Below are positions 6,938 through 15,174 of a stretch of 21,669 bases of DNA, piece by piece. The stretch is from Gemmatimonadota bacterium (GTDB lineage Bacteria > Gemmatimonadota > Gemmatimonadetes > Longimicrobiales > RSA9). The first letter of the stretch is position 1. Every line of letters begins with the position of its first letter. Made by a program: the position numbers and the translations under genes. The stretch lies in NCBI GenBank assembly GCA_040905425.1, contig JBBDRO010000084.1, positions 1-21,669 of the forward strand, written 5' to 3'. The notes under the pieces were generated by a model. That model was not told the DNA's origin and did not search any database. It saw only the letters and a program-made list of their open reading frames with translations.

Positions 6938-8110
6938 TCAGGCGGCGGGGGGCTCACCCCAGTCATCGGCCAGGGCGCGGCGCTCCTCACGCAGGCGCAT
7001 CATCTCGGTGAAATCCCGCGCCAGGCGCGGATCGAACTCCGAGTTCGCCTTCTCCATGATGTAGTTGAGCACCTTTTCCGCTGGCCACGCCGCGCGGTAG
7101 GGGCGGTTGGTGCGGAGCGCGTCGTAGACGTCGCAGATGTGCACCATCTTGCTGGCCTCGTGGCATTTGCGGGCAAAGTTGAGCTGCGGGTACCCGCCAC
7201 CGTCCAGCATGATGTGGTGTTCGTAGGCCACCACCGCGGCCAGGTCCAGGTGCTCCTCGGTCTTGATGATGATGCGCGCGCCCTCCACCGGGTGCCGGTT
7301 GATCATGGTACGCTCTTCCGGCGTGAGCTTGCCCGGCTTGGTCAGCACGTCGATGGGGATGTTGACCTTGCCGATGTCGTGCAGCAGCCCTGCGACGCCG
7401 AAGGCGCGCACGTCCCGCGCGTCCAGGTTGACGTGCTCCGCCAGGCCCATGGCCAGCACGGCCACGTTCAGTGAGTGGGTGGTGGTGTACTCGTCGAAAT
7501 TGCGCAGCTTGAGGAGGGGCATGACCAGCTGCTGGTCACCGTGCATGGCCAGCGAGAGCGAGCGCACCACCGCCTCAGCCTCGGCCAGCGGCAGTCGGCG
7601 CTCCTGTTGCACCCGCTCGTGCAGCCAGCGAATGGTCTGCGCCTCGTCGCTGAGGGAGAGGTTGGTGGTGGCGGGAGGCGGCGGCTCCTGCTCGTCCCCC
7701 CCACCTTCCCCCTTCATGCCCACCGCGCCGAAGCGGATGCGCGTGTTGCGCATCTGCCGCGCGCCCGCCGTGCCCAGCACCGCCATGGTGACGCGGGCGA
7801 GCACCTCCTCGAGGAATTCTTCGAAATCGTCCACCTGCACGCCGGGCTCGAACTCCAGCCGCTGGATACCCGCGCCCGCCAGTCGCGGCCCCCACTCCCA
7901 CGACTTCAGGTCGCGCACCGGACGGGTGCCGCACACCACTTCGTCGCCCAGGAAGGTGAAGAGCGGGCGCGGCTCCTCCTCCTGCAGCCGGAGCAGCGCT
8001 TCGTACGCGCCCCGCACCGCCCGTTCGCGCGCCGCGTGCCCCTCCTTGTAGAGGGACATGGTGGCAATGGAGCGCCCGAGGGTGGTGAGAAAACTGGCCG
8101 CCAGGCTCAT
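6938..8110 (-). CDS. HD-GYP cyclic-dinucleotide phosphodiesterase with an uncharacterised N-terminal domain (390 aa)
   Basis: Complete motif set: DEYTTTHSLNV, LLHDIGK, HPVEGA, EHHIMLDGGGYP, DVYDALRTNRPYR. ATGA overlap with the upstream HEAT gene. Confidence 0.93.
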   Translation of the reverse strand: MSLAASFLTTLGRSIATMSLYKEGHAARERAVRGAYEALLRLQEEEPRPLFTFLGDEVVCGTRPVRDLKSWEWGPRLAGAGIQRLEFEPGVQVDDFEEFLEEVLARVTMAVLGTAGARQMRNTRIRFGAVGMKGEGGGDEQEPPPPATTNLSLSDEAQTIRWLHERVQQERRLPLAEAEAVVRSLSLAMHGDQQLVMPLLKLRNFDEYTTTHSLNVAVLAMGLAEHVNLDARDVRAFGVAGLLHDIGKVNIPIDVLTKPGKLTPEERTMINRHPVEGARIIIKTEEHLDLAAVVAYEHHIMLDGGGYPQLNFARKCHEASKMVHICDVYDALRTNRPYRAAWPAEKVLNYIMEKANSEFDPRLARDFTEMMRLREERRALADDWGEPPAA

Positions 8111-10176
8111 GCGCCGCTCCCGCCCGCCGCGTTGCGGATCTGCCCATCACTGGACTTGGCCGCCGCGTCCAGGAAGGGCTTGATCTGCGAGTGGCGGCGC
8201 CAGTCGGCGGCGCCCACCTCCAGCGCGGCCAGCAGGGTGGCGGACTTGGCGGCCAGGCGTGGCCGTCCCAGCAGCGACCTGCCACCGGACAGCAGCCGCT
8301 GCAGCATCACCGGCACCTGGGGCGTGCGCTGGCCGCGCAGCAGGCGCGTCAGTCCCGCGCGCAGGTCATCCTCCAGCGCCTCGTCCTCCAGGCGGGCGCA
8401 CAGGGGCGCCACGACCGCGCGCGGCGGCTGCGCCGCCGCGCCCTCGGCCACCGCGAGCCGCAGCACGCGCTCGTCCCCCTCCTGCATGGCGCGCACGAAG
8501 GTGCGTTCGCGCAGGTCCGGCACCCGGAAGCACAGGGCAATGGCTTCGCGGCGCACCTGCGTCTGGGGATGCTTCAGGTATTTCTCCGGGTCGAAGCCGG
8601 GCGCCACGGTCTTCATCTCGTTCATGAGGGCCAACATGTTGCGCGTGACGTACCAGCGCGAATCGTCGGCCCGACGGGCCAGCATGGGCAGCAGGGTGGG
8701 CCCCGACTTTGCCAGCCGCTGGAAGATGGCCATGCGAAAGGTCCGGTTCTCCGACTCCGCCAGCCGATCCAGCAGCAGCGGCGCGGCTTCCTCGGGCTCC
8801 ATGCGGTCCAGGACCTTCTCCAGGGCAATGAAGTCCGCGTCGTCCAGCTCGAGCAGCGTGCGCAGCGTGTCCGGGCGGGCCAGCCGGCCCCAGAGGGCGG
8901 TCGAGGCGTCGCTGGGCGGCGCGTCCAGCAGGGCGTGCACCACCGGCATCAGCTGCCCCTCCGCCAGCAGGCTCTCCACCGCCCGCCAGAACGGTATGCC
9001 CACGGCGTCCACCTCCAACCCCATCTGCAGCAGCCGCAGCGGCTCGGGCAGATGCCGGCCTCCCGCGCGGGCCAGATCACGCTCCGAGGTGCGGGAGATG
9101 GCGTCCAGGGCGCGCGTGTAGGCGTCCGGATTGGGGTCCTCCAGGTGCCAGTCGGAGATGAGCTGCCGGATCTGGTCGCGCAGCTCCGCGTCGGCCGTCT
9201 TCGCCGTGGGCCCGCTGCCGTCGCTCGCGGCGCCCAGCTTGGCCAGCATGCGCACCATGGACTGGGAGATGGTCTGGCCGGAGGCGTGGGCCGCGGCGCG
9301 CACCACCTCCAGCACCGCCTCGATGTTCAGCCCCTCGGTGGCGTTGAGCAGGAACTCCTGCCGCTGCTCCATACTGCCGCCCATCTCCACGAGGCGCAGC
9401 AGCGTCTTGTCATCCAGGCTGGCCAGCATGCGGGACATGCGGTTGCGGACCGCCTGCGTGGCGGGGTCGGCGTCCTCCTTAAGCTCCTCGGCCAGCTGCA
9501 GCAGGTAGCCCACGATGACCTGGTCGTAGGCCTCGGTCTCCTCGTGCTCGTTGATGGCCTCCGCCACGGCACCGGCATCCGTGGCGGCCAGGTCCTCGTC
9601 CGGACCGGTGGCGGTGGCCGCGCGCGCCAGCCCCATCCACAGCAGCGCGGATTGCTGGTGCTCGGTGCCGGGCGCGAACGCCTCCCCCGTGCCGTCGCCG
9701 TCCCCGCCGCCCACCAGTTCCAGCTTCTCGTACGTCATGGGGAAGGCGCGGATCCCCTGCCAGCGACCCAGGCGCGCCGGGTCGGCGCCCGCGGGCAGCT
9801 CCTCCACCGCGTCGGCTTCGCGGGCCAGAGAGTGGAGGAACTCCTCGAGCTGCCGGCGGTCCACGCCCCGGAGGAACATGATGGCGCCGATCTGGTGGCG
9901 GTGCAGGCGCTCCGCCAGCGCCTTGAGCACCGGTTGTTCGGGGTCCGTGGCCAGTCCCTCGATGACCAGTTGCCGGCTGGCCACGCCCACCGAGAGCTGG
10001 CTGCGCTCCTCCAGCAGATTGTCCAGACGCGTCATCACGCCCGCCGAGGCCGTGGCCATCGAGGGATGGCCCGGTGGGTACATGGCGCTCCGGCTGAGGG
10101 CAATGGCCAGTTCCAGCAGGAAATCGACCAGATCCTGGGGGAGCGCGGCCTGCTCGGGGGACCCCTGCTTCGTCAC
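8107..10176 (-). CDS. HEAT-repeat protein, long paralog, with an N-terminal YPPGHP domain
   Basis: N-terminal MYPPGHP motif; C-terminal HEAT-like DDSRWYVTRNML and HPQTQVRREAI. The ORF is open to TTG 10212; GTG 10176 is preferred if the promoter at 10212-10240 is real. Start uncertain. Confidence 0.85.
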   Translation of the reverse strand: MTKQGSPEQAALPQDLVDFLLELAIALSRSAMYPPGHPSMATASAGVMTRLDNLLEERSQLSVGVASRQLVIEGLATDPEQPVLKALAERLHRHQIGAIMFLRGVDRRQLEEFLHSLAREADAVEELPAGADPARLGRWQGIRAFPMTYEKLELVGGGDGDGTGEAFAPGTEHQQSALLWMGLARAATATGPDEDLAATDAGAVAEAINEHEETEAYDQVIVGYLLQLAEELKEDADPATQAVRNRMSRMLASLDDKTLLRLVEMGGSMEQRQEFLLNATEGLNIEAVLEVVRAAAHASGQTISQSMVRMLAKLGAASDGSGPTAKTADAELRDQIRQLISDWHLEDPNPDAYTRALDAISRTSERDLARAGGRHLPEPLRLLQMGLEVDAVGIPFWRAVESLLAEGQLMPVVHALLDAPPSDASTALWGRLARPDTLRTLLELDDADFIALEKVLDRMEPEEAAPLLLDRLAESENRTFRMAIFQRLAKSGPTLLPMLARRADDSRWYVTRNMLALMNEMKTVAPGFDPEKYLKHPQTQVRREAIALCFRVPDLRERTFVRAMQEGDERVLRLAVAEGAAAQPPRAVVAPLCARLEDEALEDDLRAGLTRLLRGQRTPQVPVMLQRLLSGGRSLLGRPRLAAKSATLLAALEVGAADWRRHSQIKPFLDAAAKSSDGQIRNAAGGSGA

Positions 10177-10211
10177 GGGCCTCGGCGATGGGTGCGGGTT
10201 GGGGACACTCA

Positions 10212-10240
10212 AGACTGCGCGGGGCGCCCGTCATCGTCAA
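10212..10240 (-). promoter_or_regulatory. Possible internal sigma70 promoter for the long HEAT/HD-GYP cassette
   Basis: Minus strand TTGACG (10240-10235), 17 nt spacer, CAGTCT (10217-10212). The -10 match is weak. Confidence 0.3.
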
Positions 10241-10365
10241 GGCGTGGCTGTCACGAGCTGGGGGCGGAGGCCTGGTACGGCCCCATTTAAGCGACGACGC
10301 TGATCACCTCACCGGCGGGCCTCGTCCGCGCCGTCCTCCCGCACGTAGCCGGAGTACCGTCGGCA

Positions 10366-11403
10366 TCATCGTTCTGCTCCGGTGGGGGCGGAGCCGAGGG
10401 GGGGCGAATCCTCCCGCGGTCGGCTGCGCCGTTCGGCGGACACGTTCACGGGCCACAGGGAGACCGGCTCCTCCAGCTCCGCGGCCAGACCCAGGAGCAA
10501 CGGGTGCAGGGAGTCGAAGCGGTCCGCGGGGTCCGGCGCCAGGCAGGTCAAGACCGTGCGGGCCAGGGAGGCGGAGAGCCCGGGCGCGTAGCGCCCCGGT
10601 TCCGGCGGCGGCGCCGAGCCGAGCTGCGGGTACTGGCGCTCCTGCCCCTGGCGTGGCTCAGCCTCCGTGTAGACATCCTCATAGGGCCAGCGCCCGGTGA
10701 GCAGTTCGTAGAGCAGGGCGCCCAGCCCGTAGATGTCGGCGGCGGGCCCCAGCGGCTCCCCACGGACGTGCTCGGGTGCCATGTACGGGCCCGTCCCCAA
10801 CCGCTCCTCGGGGGGCGCCTCCTCCATGCGCCGGGCGGCGTCCATGTCGATGAGCACGGGGACGCCGTCGCGCAGCAGGAGATTGGCGGGCTTCAGGTCC
10901 AGGTGCAGCCAGCCCTCGCGGTGCAGGTGGTAGAGGGCGGCGCCCAGGTGGATGGCGGCGCGCACGGCGTCACTCGGCTCCAGGCGGCGCGCAGGTCGTT
11001 CCTCGAGGACATCGAAGAGAGAGGGCCCCTCCAGGTACTCCATGAGCAGGAAGGGCAGGCCGTCGTGCTCACCCTCGCCGTAGCTCCGCACCAGATTGGG
11101 ATGCCGGACGGCACCGAGGATGCGGCCCTCCCGGCGCAGCGTTGCCGCGGCGTCCGCGTTACTCCGCTCGGTGGGCGCCAGGATCTTGCACGTGAAGGCG
11201 CACCACTCGCGGGCACTCCATACCTGGTAGAGGTGCCCCAGGCGCCCCACTTCCAGATGACCGATCACCGCCAGATCCCCGGCGATGCGGTCACCCAGGG
11301 CGTAGGGATAGGACGCGTTCCGCCGGCGCCGCCGCTCGGGTTCCAGGCGGTCCAGGAGCCCGAGCCGCCGTGGGGCCGTGCCGCGCCCCGCGCTCACCGC
11401 CAT
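10366..11403 (-). CDS. Soluble Hanks-type serine/threonine protein kinase (345 aa)
   Basis: FTCKIL (Lys), REGRIL (alphaC Glu), HPNLV, MEYLEG, HLDLKPANLL, IDMD (DFG position), GTGPYMAPE, DIYGLG and DPADRF. ATG 11403 lies 1 nt after the receiver gene's stop. No transmembrane segment is visible. Confidence 0.9.
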   Translation of the reverse strand: MAVSAGRGTAPRRLGLLDRLEPERRRRRNASYPYALGDRIAGDLAVIGHLEVGRLGHLYQVWSAREWCAFTCKILAPTERSNADAAATLRREGRILGAVRHPNLVRSYGEGEHDGLPFLLMEYLEGPSLFDVLEERPARRLEPSDAVRAAIHLGAALYHLHREGWLHLDLKPANLLLRDGVPVLIDMDAARRMEEAPPEERLGTGPYMAPEHVRGEPLGPAADIYGLGALLYELLTGRWPYEDVYTEAEPRQGQERQYPQLGSAPPPEPGRYAPGLSASLARTVLTCLAPDPADRFDSLHPLLLGLAAELEEPVSLWPVNVSAERRSRPREDSPPLGSAPTGAER

Positions 11404-11404
11404 G

Positions 11405-11842
11405 TCACGTCGAGGAGCCGGACAGCCGGGCGCTGTCGTGAGCGGCCCGGACGCCGCCGTCGTACGCGGCCGCGGCGGCGGCCAGGAGCACTTCGAGGCG
11501 CCGTCGGATCTCCGGCAGCGGCGCGGGCTTGGCCAGGAAGTCGTCACAGCACCCGGAGGCGCGCACGCGGCCTTCCTGGCCTGGCGCGGCGTGCGCGGTG
11601 AGCACCAGCACGGGCAGGTGCTCTGGGGCGCGCTCGGCCTTGATGGCCAGCGCGGTTGCAACGCCGTCCATGCCGGGCAGCTCCACGTCCACCAGCACCA
11701 GATCCGGCCGTTCGGCGCGCGCCAGCGCCGTGCCCTGCTCCCCGTTCACCGCCGTCACCACCCGGTAGCTGTCCTGCAGCAGCTCGCGCAGGAGCTGCAG
11801 GAGGTCCAGGTTGTCCTCGATGATGAGGAGGGTGGCGGTCAT
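11405..11842 (-). CDS. Single-domain response regulator (receiver domain, CheY/DivK-like)
   Basis: LLIIEDN, phospho-acceptor in DLVLVDVELPGMDG, VLTAH and FLAKP. No output domain. Alternative start at 11857. Confidence 0.9.
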   Translation of the reverse strand: MTATLLIIEDNLDLLQLLRELLQDSYRVVTAVNGEQGTALARAERPDLVLVDVELPGMDGVATALAIKAERAPEHLPVLVLTAHAAPGQEGRVRASGCCDDFLAKPAPLPEIRRRLEVLLAAAAAAYDGGVRAAHDSARLSGSST

Positions 11843-11929
11843 GCTCAGTGCGCTCATGCGGAGGGTCGTCGTGCTGCCACTTTTCCAGAGCGCAAGGCAC
11901 GTGCCCGGATCCGGAGAGGCCCGCGGGTG

Positions 11930-12592
11930 ATGAAGGAAAGGCGGATCCATGTGCGGCGCTCGGCGCGCTGGTACCTGCTGGGGGACGCGCAGGAGCGGCC
12001 CGGGATCCTCTGGGTGGCCTGTCACGGGTACGGTCAGCTGGGCGCCGCTTTCGCCGGCGGGCTCGCGCCGCTGGTGCGCCCCGGCGTGGCGGTGGCCGTG
12101 CCCGAGGCGCCGCTGCGCTTCTACCTGGATCCGCCCGGCGCCGCGCCGCCCGCCGAGCGGCGGGTCGGCGCCAGCTGGATGACACGGGAGGACCGGGAGG
12201 CCGACATCGCGGATTACGTGCGCCTGCTGGACGCCGTGCTGGAGGACGCGCGCGCGGCGCTGGGCGGCGCCGACCCGGAGGTCCGCCTGCTGGGCTTCTC
12301 GCAGGGGGCGGCCACGGTGTGCCGCTGGGCGGCGCTGGGCGCCGTCCGACCCGCGGAGCTGGTGCTGTGGGCCGGTCCGGTCCCGCCGGACCTGGAGCTG
12401 GCCGTCCACGCCGAGCGCTTCCGCGCGGCGCGCATCACGCTGGTGCGGGGTGAGCGGGATCGCTCGGTGGGCCAGGAGGCGGTCGACCAGGGGATGGCGC
12501 GCCTGCGCCAGGCGGGCGCCGACGCTCGCCTGCTCACCTTCGCGGGCGGGCACCGGCTGGACAGCGCCACGCTGGCCCGGCTCGCGGAGTAG
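11930..12592 (+). CDS. Alpha/beta hydrolase (phospholipase/carboxylesterase type, 220 aa)
   Basis: HGYGQ oxyanion loop, GFSQG nucleophile elbow, GERD acid and GGH His. The real gene is the 3' part of ORF 11378..12592, starting MKERRIHV. Confidence 0.88.
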   Translation: MKERRIHVRRSARWYLLGDAQERPGILWVACHGYGQLGAAFAGGLAPLVRPGVAVAVPEAPLRFYLDPPGAAPPAERRVGASWMTREDREADIADYVRLLDAVLEDARAALGGADPEVRLLGFSQGAATVCRWAALGAVRPAELVLWAGPVPPDLELAVHAERFRAARITLVRGERDRSVGQEAVDQGMARLRQAGADARLLTFAGGHRLDSATLARLAE

Positions 12593-12652
12593 CGGCGCGC
12601 CCGGCGGGACGCTGGACCGGTTCGCGAAGGTTCGGCCGGCCACTGCGCGCCG
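12593..12652. terminator. Possible hairpin between convergent genes
   Basis: CGGCGCGC (12593-12600) and GCGCGCCG (12645-12652) enclose an inner imperfect stem. No U-tract. Confidence 0.3.
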
Positions 12653-12669
12653 AACGGGGACGTCGCTTA

Positions 12670-13803
12670 CTACGGGGCGCTGACGCCTTCCGTACGCAGC
12701 GCGCGCACCGCCGTCCCCACCCGCTCCAGCGCCGCGTGTAACTCCTCCGGCGGGTTGCCGATGCCGAAGCGCACGTAGCCGTCCATGCCGAAGTGGTCGC
12801 CGGGCACCACGAGCACGCTGTGCTCAGCGCGCAGCCGCTCCGCCAGCTCGGTGGAGCCTACCGGCAGGTCATACTTCACGTAGCAGATGGCGCCCGCCTC
12901 GGGCCGCCGGTAGCTGAAGACACCCACGTCCGCCATCCACGCCTCCAGGATGTCCAGCCCTTCGACGATGCGTTCGCGCGTGCGCTCGAGCAGCCGCGGG
13001 CGCACCTCGGGCGAGAGGGCCAGGTGGGCCAGGCGGTCCGTGAGCGTCCCCGGCGCGATGGTGGTGTAGTCCGTGCGCGCCCACAGCTCCTCGCGCGTGG
13101 CGGGCGGGGAGACGGTCCAGCCGATGCGCAGTCCCGGCAGCCCGTAGGCCTTGGAGAGGGAGCCGGTGGCCACCACGCGCTCGGTGGCGCCGAAGAAGGA
13201 GGGCGTCTCGCGGCCGGACAGCTCGGCGCCCATGTAGACCTCGTCAGCCACGATCCAGGCACCGGAGCGCTCGGCGGCCGCCCGCACCGCTTCCCGGGCC
13301 TCGTCGGAGAGGAGGGCGCCCGTGGGGTTGTTGGGGTTCGTGACCACGATCACGCGGGTGCGGTCGCCGACGGCGGCGCGGATGGTGGCGGGGTCCGGTT
13401 GCCAGCCGTTCTCCTCCTGCAGCGGCACCGTCTTCACCGTGCCGCCCAGCATCTGTACCAGGCCGATGGTCTGTGCGTAGGTCGGCACCACCACCACCAC
13501 CTCGTCGCCGGGGCGAACCAGGCGCCACATGGCCGCGAAGTTGGCCTCCGCACTGCCGTTGCACACCACCACCCCGGCCTCGCTCGCGCCCGGGTAGAGG
13601 GCGGCCACGGCGGCGCGCAGCTCGTCCGAGCCGTTCGACTGGCCGTAACCCAGCAGGGTGTCGTCGGCGGTCTCCTGCCCGGCCAGGTCCAGGAGCTCGC
13701 GGACGCTCAGCGGATGGACCCCGCTCTCGGAGAGGTTGAAGTCCACCCGGTACTCGTAGGTGGACTGCCAGCGTTCCATTTCGAAGGGGCGGAAGGGCTG
13801 CAT
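12670..13803 (-). CDS. PLP-dependent aminotransferase class I/II (aspartate aminotransferase-like, 377 aa)
   Basis: NLSESG, TNPNNPTG, VADEVY, GSLSKAYGLPGLRIGW (PLP Lys) and YVRFG. Confidence 0.93.
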   Translation of the reverse strand: MQPFRPFEMERWQSTYEYRVDFNLSESGVHPLSVRELLDLAGQETADDTLLGYGQSNGSDELRAAVAALYPGASEAGVVVCNGSAEANFAAMWRLVRPGDEVVVVVPTYAQTIGLVQMLGGTVKTVPLQEENGWQPDPATIRAAVGDRTRVIVVTNPNNPTGALLSDEAREAVRAAAERSGAWIVADEVYMGAELSGRETPSFFGATERVVATGSLSKAYGLPGLRIGWTVSPPATREELWARTDYTTIAPGTLTDRLAHLALSPEVRPRLLERTRERIVEGLDILEAWMADVGVFSYRRPEAGAICYVKYDLPVGSTELAERLRAEHSVLVVPGDHFGMDGYVRFGIGNPPEELHAALERVGTAVRALRTEGVSAP

Positions 13804-13852
13804 GATCGTGCGTCCGGGTCAGGTTTAAAAAAAGGTCTGGCCACGCGTGCGC

Positions 13853-13881
13853 ATTGTAGCGGCCGGCCCGCGGCGTGTCGA
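13853..13881 (-). promoter_or_regulatory. Putative sigma70 promoter for the aminotransferase
   Basis: Minus strand TCGACA (13881-13876), 17 nt spacer, TACAAT (13858-13853); 5/6 consensus match in both boxes. Confidence 0.6.
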
Positions 13882-13899
13882 TGGCGCCCGGCCCGTCCC

Positions 13900-13927
13900 T
13901 TGCCGCGGCCCCCGGTCCGGGTAAGAT
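13900..13927 (+). promoter_or_regulatory. Putative divergent sigma70 promoter for the apgM-TPR-M16 operon
   Basis: TTGCCG (13900-13905), 16 nt spacer, TAAGAT (13922-13927). GGAG RBS before ATG 13964. Confidence 0.4.
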
Positions 13928-13963
13928 CAGGGGCAGCACCTCAGCATTCCGGAGCGGAGCAAC

Positions 13964-15172
13964 ATGGACGTCACCTTTCCCGATGACCTGGTCCTGGACG
14001 AGGGCGGGCGCATCGTCCTGCTGGTCATGGACGGCCTGGGCGGCCTGCCGCACCCGGAGGGCGGGCTGACCGAGCTGGAAGCGGCGGCCACGCCCAACCT
14101 GGACCGGCTGGCGGCGGGCGCGTCGCTGGGCATGAGCCTGCCGGTGGACATCGGCGTCACGCCCGGCAGCGGCCCGGGGCATCTGGGCCTCTTCGGCTAC
14201 GATCCCGTGCGCTACAACATCGGCCGGGGGGTGCTCTCTGCGTTGGGCGTGGGCTTCGACCTGCAGCCGGGCGACGTGGCCGTGCGGCTGAACCTGGCCA
14301 CGCTGGACGCGGCCGGCAACGTGGCCGACCGGCGCGCGGGCCGGCCGAACGACCAGGAGAACGCGCGCCTGGTGGGCCTGCTGCGGGAGGCGGTGCGGCG
14401 CATGCGCGGCGCGGAGGTGTTCTTTGCCTCCGAGAAGGAGCACCGCGTGGTGCTCGTCCTGCGCGGCCGCGCACTCTCCCCCCATCTGGGGGACACGGAC
14501 CCGCAGCAGACGGGGGTGCCGCCCCACCGCGTGGAGGCGCTGCGGGAGGGCGCCGAGGACACCGCGGCCATCCTGCAGGAGGTGCTGGACGCCATCCGGG
14601 AGACGCTACGGGACGAGCCCGCGGCCAACGCCGTGCTGGCGCGCGGCATCGACGCCTACGAGCCCTACCCCGGCTTCCCCGAGCGCTTCCACCTGCGCGC
14701 GCGCGCCATTGCCCGCTACCCCATGTACCGCGGCGTGGCGCGCCTGGTGGGGATGGAGCCGGTGGCGGTGGAGGACGGGGAGGAGGCCACGGTGGCGGCG
14801 CTGGAGGAGGGCTTCACCGACTACGATTTCCACTTCATCCACTTCAAGGCCATGGACTCGCGCGGTGAGGACGGGGACTTTGCCGCCAAGGTGGCGGCCA
14901 TCGAGCGGGTGGACGCGCTGCTGCCGCGCGTGGAGGCGCTCGGCCCCGACGTGCTCGTAGTGACCGGGGACCACTCCACGCCGTGGAGCATGAAGGCGCA
15001 CTCGTGGCATCCGGTACCCATCCTGATCGCCTCTCCCTTCACGCGGCCGCGGCGGGGTGCGGTCTTCGGGGAGGGATCCTGCATGGTGGGCGAGCTGGGC
15101 ACCTTCCCGGCCGCGAAGATCATGTCCCTGGCGCTGGCGCACGCGCGCCGCCTGCGCAAGTTCGGAGCGTGA
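13964..15172 (+). CDS. apgM: 2,3-bisphosphoglycerate-independent phosphoglycerate mutase, ApgM type (402 aa)
   Basis: LLVMDGLGG, AATPNLD, PGSGPGHLGLFGYDP (phospho-Ser), DSRGEDG, VTGDHSTP and HSWHPVP. Confidence 0.9.
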   Translation: MDVTFPDDLVLDEGGRIVLLVMDGLGGLPHPEGGLTELEAAATPNLDRLAAGASLGMSLPVDIGVTPGSGPGHLGLFGYDPVRYNIGRGVLSALGVGFDLQPGDVAVRLNLATLDAAGNVADRRAGRPNDQENARLVGLLREAVRRMRGAEVFFASEKEHRVVLVLRGRALSPHLGDTDPQQTGVPPHRVEALREGAEDTAAILQEVLDAIRETLRDEPAANAVLARGIDAYEPYPGFPERFHLRARAIARYPMYRGVARLVGMEPVAVEDGEEATVAALEEGFTDYDFHFIHFKAMDSRGEDGDFAAKVAAIERVDALLPRVEALGPDVLVVTGDHSTPWSMKAHSWHPVPILIASPFTRPRRGAVFGEGSCMVGELGTFPAAKIMSLALAHARRLRKFGA

Positions 15173-15174
15173 GT

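Noticed and set aside
10304..10369. Small minus-strand ORF MMPTVLRLRAGGRRGRGPPVR overlapping the kinase stop
   Set aside because: Only 21 codons, with no clear RBS or motif and a composition typical of non-coding high-GC DNA.
185..11842. Interpretation as an anti-phage defence island (kinase, HD domain, HEAT repeats)
   Set aside because: No nuclease, cyclase, TIR/SIR2, NTPase effector or mobility genes, and no obvious compositional shift. The HD proteins are clearly HD-GYP signalling type.
11378..12643. Long versions of the kinase (to 11661), receiver (to 12643) and hydrolase (from 11378) ORFs suggesting fusions or large overlaps
   Set aside because: The extensions are low-information translations overlapping neighbouring real genes. 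Trimmed starts give a clean, non-overlapping layout.
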